NCBI GenBank assembly: GCA_017610205.1
Contig: JAFCCL010000008.1
Coordinates: 1-64,000 of the forward strand
Reading direction: 5' to 3'
DNA length: 64,000 bases
Origin: Candidatus Iainarchaeum sp.
Lineage (GTDB): Archaea > Iainarchaeota > Iainarchaeia > Iainarchaeales > GCA-2688035
Numbering within the stretch: the first letter of the stretch is position 1; every line of letters begins with the position of its first letter. The position numbers and the translations under genes are program-made. Shown here piece by piece: positions 58,771 through 64,000 of this stretch. The notes below the pieces were generated by a model, which saw only the letters and a program-made list of their open reading frames with translations, was not told the origin of the DNA and made no database searches.

Positions 58771-59155
58771 ACTTCTACATAACATTAAATTCTTTTTGAA
58801 GATTGAAAAAAGGAAAATTACTGCTCCCAAGCGACGTTCCTTACAACTCACAAGCCACGTATAACCGTTTCCTAGATAGCGTAGGGAGCGCAGGAAAGCC
58901 AAATAAGGCAAATACAGTGCAAAAGAATACTGGAATATAGCGCGAAAACGCTAGGAAACGCCTTGTACCCCCACTATGGGTCATTTAGGGCAAATAACCC
59001 TCGAGATAAAGGATAATCGTTATTATACCGAATCTCCACGTCTAGAACTTTTCAAAAAACGCAAAAAAACACCTGTGAAAAATTGATTGGTGGAAGTGGA
59101 GGTGGCGTAATTTCTTTTCAAAGGTAGGGCAAAGAGCAATCTGTTATGTAGAAGT
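58771..59155. repeat. Element bounded by perfect 14-bp inverted repeat ACTTCTACATAACA / TGTTATGTAGAAGT
   Basis: Arms at 58771-58784 and 59142-59155. Confidence 0.8.
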
Positions 59156-59510
59156 AAGAGTCGATATTTAATGTCTGCTTCTTCTAAAACCATTGTTGCA
59201 GCGAGAATCGCTGCCTGTGTTCTAACATAGGCCAACCTCCTCTTTTTATGCAACCCAATAAAGCGCCAATAGTTCTTTTGTGTTCTGTTATACTTCGTCC
59301 TCTTCCCAATAATTCTGGCTGGTTGCAGAGCACAGCGTAAGACTGGCTGCAAAGCCTTCTTGCAATAACTTTTGTGCCCTTATTTGCACAAGGGGGGGAT
59401 CTTTTCTTCTTAGATTCTCGATTCCTTTAGCCGGTCTTTTTGCTGTCTCCAAAAAACTGTCCCTGGCCTGTTACATCCTTTGCACGTTTTCCCCTCAAAA
59501 AATTGGCCAT
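59155..59510 (-). pseudogene. Frameshifted gene remnant running into the TACATAA motif
   Basis: MANFLRGKRAKD../FLETAKRP..QKLLQEG/LQPVLR..ILAATMVLEEADIKYRL in three frames. Confidence 0.45.
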
Positions 59511-59845
59511 ATTCAATTTACGCTATGGGAGCGTTAAAATCTTTATTTTTTAGGCACAAACAACAATATGTTATGTAGCATTTAACTACATAATCTATTT
59601 GTTTTTTGACAATTCACTGTCTTTAAACCACTGCATAATACAAACTTTTTTTAAAGCCTGTTGGAGATGAAGCCACTACTGACGGCATAAGCCCAAAGCA
59701 AGGCTGATTAGGATGCCTTTTTCTGGCTTACAAAGTGGGATGTACTTAACGCGCAAAAAAAACTTTAAAAAATGAGAACACGTCTGTATGCGCAAAGAAA
59801 CAATCCCCCACAAAATTAATTATGTAGACTTTGGGCTCTTTTTTT

Positions 59846-60514
59846 TTATTTTTTCTTCTTCGTTTTCTTTTTCTTCTTTGCTTCCCTTATTGTTCTTCCG
59901 CCTGCTCTTGCTTTTTTCTTTTGCCTTGTTGCTCTTTGCATCCCTCTAATTGATCTAGCTGAACCAAGCCTTACAGCCCCTTCTCCTCTTGAACTTCCTT
60001 TCTTCGCTGTTTTTCCTTTAGAAACCCTTCTTACAATAAGTTCTTCGCTAATTACTTTTTCCTTAGGGGTTTTCCAGTATCCTTTTTTTACCAATATCTC
60101 TCTTTGGGTTGATCCCCGCCCAGTTCTCTGTTCCATGGGAATTGTCTCATGCCTATATTCTGCTTCAACGTAAACTGGTTTTCCAGGTTCCCGAATTATT
60201 TTCCTCCCTGTCACAGTGTACCTGCTTGCCTTTCCTGGTTTTATTGTTCCATCCGGTCTCCTTGTTCCAACCGCTATGCTGAGCCTTGGTTGTTCATACC
60301 CAAATGTCTCTTTGAAAGCTTTTCTTTCAGATACTCTTTGTGGTCTTGTCCTTGTCAATCCTGCCTTTTTCAGGGCTGCCTTCAATTTTGCCCTTTGAGT
60401 TACAGTTGGCTGTTTTGACCCCTTTTTTCCCGCTCTTTTCCGCATTGTATCCCATTCTTTATTGTGTTGTTTCCTTTTTTTAAGCTTTGCAACGTCGACT
60501 GTTCTTCTCTTCAT
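59846..60514 (-). CDS. Very basic Arg/Lys-rich protein
   Basis: GGTGG SD; K/R-rich throughout. Confidence 0.7.
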   Translation of the reverse strand: MKRRTVDVAKLKKRKQHNKEWDTMRKRAGKKGSKQPTVTQRAKLKAALKKAGLTRTRPQRVSERKAFKETFGYEQPRLSIAVGTRRPDGTIKPGKASRYTVTGRKIIREPGKPVYVEAEYRHETIPMEQRTGRGSTQREILVKKGYWKTPKEKVISEELIVRRVSKGKTAKKGSSRGEGAVRLGSARSIRGMQRATRQKKKARAGGRTIREAKKKKKTKKKK

Positions 60515-60643
60515 TTTTCCACCTTTTCAATTAATTTATTATCTTTCCTTCCTTTTAATTCTTTGTTATTTTTTCTTAGTTTAAAAAGAATTTTTTTTTT
60601 AATCTTAATAATTTAAATACCAATTAAGTCTTATATATAGCAA

Positions 60644-63214
60644 ATGAATTCAAAAATTGGAATTGCTGCAACAATTATTGTTATTGCTTTGGCGGCATTT
60701 GTTTTGTTTTATCCGCAGGTTTTTCAGGATGAAAACCAAGCAGGGTTTTTTACGCTTTACTTTGCTGATTGTGGTGATGGTGATTGTTCGCCATCTGAAG
60801 ACTATGAAAGCTGTTCGCAAGACTGTTGTTCAACTGTTTGTAACAATTTTTGTGAAAGTTCTTTTTGCTTTGAAATTGATCCAGACTGTGATATTTTGGG
60901 AAATGCGACAGGTGAATGTTGTGGAAATGGTGTTTGTGAGGGAACAGATGATTGTATAACCTGTCCGGCAGATTGTCCTGGAAGCGTTGTTTGCAGTGTT
61001 GATGGTGATTGTCCTGATGATGGTAATTCTTTGACTGTTGAGACTTGTTCTAATCCTGGTGCTTGTGATTCTTCTTGTTCTAGTGTTCCTTGTGTTGTTG
61101 AGTGTAGTGTTGATGGTGATTGTCCTGATGATGGTAATTCTTTGACTGTTGAGATTTGTTCTGATGGTGATACCTGTGCTGCTGCCTGTTCTTTGACTGT
61201 TGAGATTTGTTCTGATGGTGATACCTGTGCTGCTGCCTGTTCTAGTGTTCCTTGTGTTGTTGAGTGTAGTGTTGATGGTGATTGTCCTGATGATGCTAAT
61301 GTAATGACTGTAGATACTTGTACAAATCCTGCCACCTGTGCTGCAAACTGTGTTTACACGCCTATTGGTTGCAGTATTGCCTGCAGTTCAAATACTGATT
61401 GTGATGACAGCAATCCACTTACTGTTAACACATGCTCTTCTCCAGGAACTTGTGATTCTGCCTGCGAATTTCCGCTGTGTGATATTGAATGCAGTGTTGA
61501 CACAGATTGTGATGATTTAAATTCTTTTACTTCTGATACCTGCAGCAATCCGGCGACTTGCAGTGCTGATTGCTCTTATTCTGCCTGCACTCCTGCGTGC
61601 TTTTCAAGTACTGATTGTGATGACGGGCTTTCCAATACTGTTGATACCTGCAATGGTGCAGGAACATGTGATGCAAACTGCAGCTCTGAAGTTTGCACAC
61701 CCTCTTGTTTTAGTGATTTAGATTGTGATGATGGCAACCCGGCCACTTTTGGAATGTGTATTCATCCCGGCGCATGTGGTGCCCATTGTGTTGATGACTT
61801 TTGTACAATTGAGTGCAATAGCAATGTTGAATGTAATGATTCGGATTCTTTAACAACTGATACTTGTTCAGATCCAGGAACCTGTGAGTCTGCTTGCTCA
61901 AACACCTCTTGTACAATTGCCTGTTCTTCCAATTCTGATTGTGACGATTCCAATCCTTTAACAGCTGACGTTTGTGACAATCCAGGTACTTGTGCAGCAA
62001 GTTGCAGCCATCCACAGGAAGATTTTCTGCTTTCCTTTGAGTTTCCATCAAGCTTTGATGAGGGTTTTGAAAGGGGCAATGTTGTTGACTTGAATGTTTT
62101 TATAGAGGATAATGAAGGTAATCCAGTTAATGAGGCTTCTTTTACTTTGACAGATTCTGAGGGAAACGAGGTTGAGCTTGAGGGCATTGGGGGTGGCAAT
62201 TATGTTGGAAAATATACAATTCCTATTAATTTTCCTGTTGGAGAGCACACTTTTTCATTTTTTGCTGTAAAGGTTGACGATTCCGGTTCTGAAAAGTTTG
62301 GTTATGAGGAAATTGTGCGCGATGTAAATACCGGAAAAATAATTGCTGTTTTGCTTGAGCCTTCTGTTGCAAAAGCCATTCCTGGTAAAAAAACAGAGAT
62401 AAAGTTCAAAGTTGTTTACGGCAACAATGATTCTGTTGAGGATGCAAATGTTTCTGCTGAAATAAACGGCGTTCAAATTCCTTTAACTTATTCAAACAAT
62501 GTATTTTCAGGTCATTATCTTTTCTCAGATTCGGATTTGGAAGAAGCTTCTCTTGTAATTTCAGCTAATGATTCTGCTGGAAACAGTGGGACAACAACAA
62601 TTCCATTTTCAGTAGAGCAGCCATTTTCTCTTTCCGCAATTCTTGCAGTACTTGCACTTATTGTAGCTGCTGTAATTACAGTTTATGGTTTAAAGCGAAC
62701 ACACAGGCTTTCAAAGCTTTTGCACAAGATTGAGCGAATAAAGGGCGCTACAAGGGCTGCAAAATTACAGCATTCAATTGCAAAAGAAAAAGGCCAGAGA
62801 AAAAAGCTTGCAAAAAAAATTATTCAGCAGGAAAAAGACCTTGTAAAAGCAAAACAAGAAGTTGAGGTTGAAAGAAGAAAACAGGCTTTTGCTGTAAAAA
62901 GAATGCCAATTGAGTCAAAGTATGCGGCCCATGGGGCAAGTGTTGGTATTATTTCTAAGGTAAAGAAAATCTTTTCAAAAACTTCTAAGAAAACAAAAGG
63001 CCAAAAACAGGTTGAAAAGGCAAAAGGGCAATCGCAGACTGAAAAAAGGGTTGGAGAAATTGACACAGAAGTTTCAGGCCTGAAGGAAAAAATGAAAAAT
63101 CTTGAAGCAGAGTTCTTTAAGCAGACAATTAAAGAGGATTTTTTCAGAAAAAAGCTTTTTGACTACAGGGAAAAAATGCACCTGCTTGAATTGGAAAAAA
63201 AGAAAATTGAATAA
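60644..63214 (+). CDS. Cys-rich repeat surface protein with Ig-like domains, TM and cytoplasmic coiled coil
   Basis: About ten C-x-x-D-x-D-C-D-D-x-N-x-x-T-x-D-T-C-x-N-P-G-T-C repeats; exact 51-bp duplication at 61138-61239. Confidence 0.85.
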   Translation: MNSKIGIAATIIVIALAAFVLFYPQVFQDENQAGFFTLYFADCGDGDCSPSEDYESCSQDCCSTVCNNFCESSFCFEIDPDCDILGNATGECCGNGVCEGTDDCITCPADCPGSVVCSVDGDCPDDGNSLTVETCSNPGACDSSCSSVPCVVECSVDGDCPDDGNSLTVEICSDGDTCAAACSLTVEICSDGDTCAAACSSVPCVVECSVDGDCPDDANVMTVDTCTNPATCAANCVYTPIGCSIACSSNTDCDDSNPLTVNTCSSPGTCDSACEFPLCDIECSVDTDCDDLNSFTSDTCSNPATCSADCSYSACTPACFSSTDCDDGLSNTVDTCNGAGTCDANCSSEVCTPSCFSDLDCDDGNPATFGMCIHPGACGAHCVDDFCTIECNSNVECNDSDSLTTDTCSDPGTCESACSNTSCTIACSSNSDCDDSNPLTADVCDNPGTCAASCSHPQEDFLLSFEFPSSFDEGFERGNVVDLNVFIEDNEGNPVNEASFTLTDSEGNEVELEGIGGGNYVGKYTIPINFPVGEHTFSFFAVKVDDSGSEKFGYEEIVRDVNTGKIIAVLLEPSVAKAIPGKKTEIKFKVVYGNNDSVEDANVSAEINGVQIPLTYSNNVFSGHYLFSDSDLEEASLVISANDSAGNSGTTTIPFSVEQPFSLSAILAVLALIVAAVITVYGLKRTHRLSKLLHKIERIKGATRAAKLQHSIAKEKGQRKKLAKKIIQQEKDLVKAKQEVEVERRKQAFAVKRMPIESKYAAHGASVGIISKVKKIFSKTSKKTKGQKQVEKAKGQSQTEKRVGEIDTEVSGLKEKMKNLEAEFFKQTIKEDFFRKKLFDYREKMHLLELEKKKIE

Positions 63215-63228
63215 GGTTTTGAAATTTC

Positions 63229-63585
63229 TTACTCTTCAACGCTTACTTTTAAGACTCTATTGTGCTTTTTCTTCACGTAATTAAAGCCCTGGTAGTGTTC
63301 AAGAACAACAAGGCTTATTGCCTGTTCTCCAATCCTTGCAGCCTGCTTTGGCCAAATATCATAATAGGATTTTTTAATGTCACCTGGTTTAAACTCAGGA
63401 ATTTTCACTACTGCTGTAGTCTTAAATCCTGTTTTTTCGAAACTGAATTGCTGTCCAAGATTAAGTTCAAACGAAACAATTTCTGTTTCTGCTCCATCAT
63501 TTTCAATTTCTATACAAAGCGAAATAGGCTCACGCCTGCTAATCTTCATTTTGAAAGGCGTAAAACTTGTTCTTATATCAAGCAT
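63229..63585 (-). CDS. Small Ig-like beta-sandwich hypothetical protein
   Basis: L.IEIENDG..FKPG..K..Y pattern. Confidence 0.65.
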   Translation of the reverse strand: MLDIRTSFTPFKMKISRREPISLCIEIENDGAETEIVSFELNLGQQFSFEKTGFKTTAVVKIPEFKPGDIKKSYYDIWPKQAARIGEQAISLVVLEHYQGFNYVKKKHNRVLKVSVEE

Positions 63586-63771
63586 AAAACATTTTCATTC
63601 TGAAATGGTTAAAAAACATTGTTTTTTTACCAAAAGCCTTAAATACTACTTTGCAATATTCTTCTAGCAAAGGAAAGATTGTTTTTCCTAAAACTGGTTG
63701 CTGCCCTGTGCAACAATCTTTTTCTTTAGGAAAAATTTTGTTTCTTATAGTAATTATGTATAAGTGGTCAT

Positions 63772-64000
63772 GTGGTGTATCATCCTGAATCAGAACTTGT
63801 TAGAAAATCTTTTACTGTAAAGAAGATGGATTTCCCGCCTTCTGTTCAGTTAACAAAGCGTTCAATGCTTAGGTGGTTTGCAATAAGTTTTGGTTTGCTT
63901 TCAGAGCAGGAGTCCAGGGATACTGTGCTTAATGTTTTGGATTCCTTGTTTTATTTTTTGCTTTCCAAGAAGCAGAATCCTTCAACAATTGAATTGCAAA
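63772..64000 (+). CDS. 5' part of a conserved archaeal (wHTH-like) protein running off the window
   Basis: Open frame VVYHPESELVRK..LRWFAISFGLLSEQESRDTVLNVLDSL. Confidence 0.6.
   Translation, partial: MVYHPESELVRKSFTVKKMDFPPSVQLTKRSMLRWFAISFGLLSEQESRDTVLNVLDSLFYFLLSKKQNPSTIELQ

Noticed and set aside
58884-58910. RNase P or SRP RNA
   Set aside because: CAGGAAAG resembles only part of CR-I; no P4 partner or SRP helix 8 found
59663-59720. Fluoride riboswitch (GGAGATG..GCTGAT)
   Set aside because: No CTCC to close P1, no pseudoknot partner and no downstream exporter
96-63667. Many antisense or overlapping ORFs in the track (e.g. 96-401, 852-1265, 18707-19117, 23394-24164, 60802-61335)
   Set aside because: Shadows of real genes or repeats with no independent motifs

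Overview
AT-rich archaeal chromosome segment, most likely DPANN (Diapherotrites/Iainarchaeota-like; inferred from archaeal TIM, class I LysRS, aTrm56, TFE, BHB-type tRNA introns and a long RelA/SpoT). 0-24 kb is mostly housekeeping: an HPF-like gene, tpiA, RSH, a KaiC-like ATPase, lysS, serS, trm56, tfe, four tRNAs, xerA, TRAM, SSB and dus. Two tRNAs carry introns (Phe in the D-loop; Lys-CTT has two introns around a 5-nt exon), and a free-standing LAGLIDADG gene abuts tRNA-Phe. 24-33 kb holds lipoproteins, transport and small regulators. 33-50.5 kb is a nuclease/defence island: helicase-nuclease, Fe-S PD-(D/E)XK nuclease, MvaI-like R-M with two N4-C methylases, an RHH / ParB-HEPN-like / Dam operon, a HEPN protein and an XPD-like helicase. 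50.5-60 kb is a variable region with degenerate kinase-like ORFs, a clostripain lipoprotein, three TA pairs with shared flanking repeats and 1.1 kb of largely non-coding DNA. A dispersed 11-mer, CTT(A/C)TACATAA, with dif-like and attC-like arrangements marks gene boundaries and may reflect an undescribed Xer-driven site/cassette system. All calls are by eye; no database searches were run.
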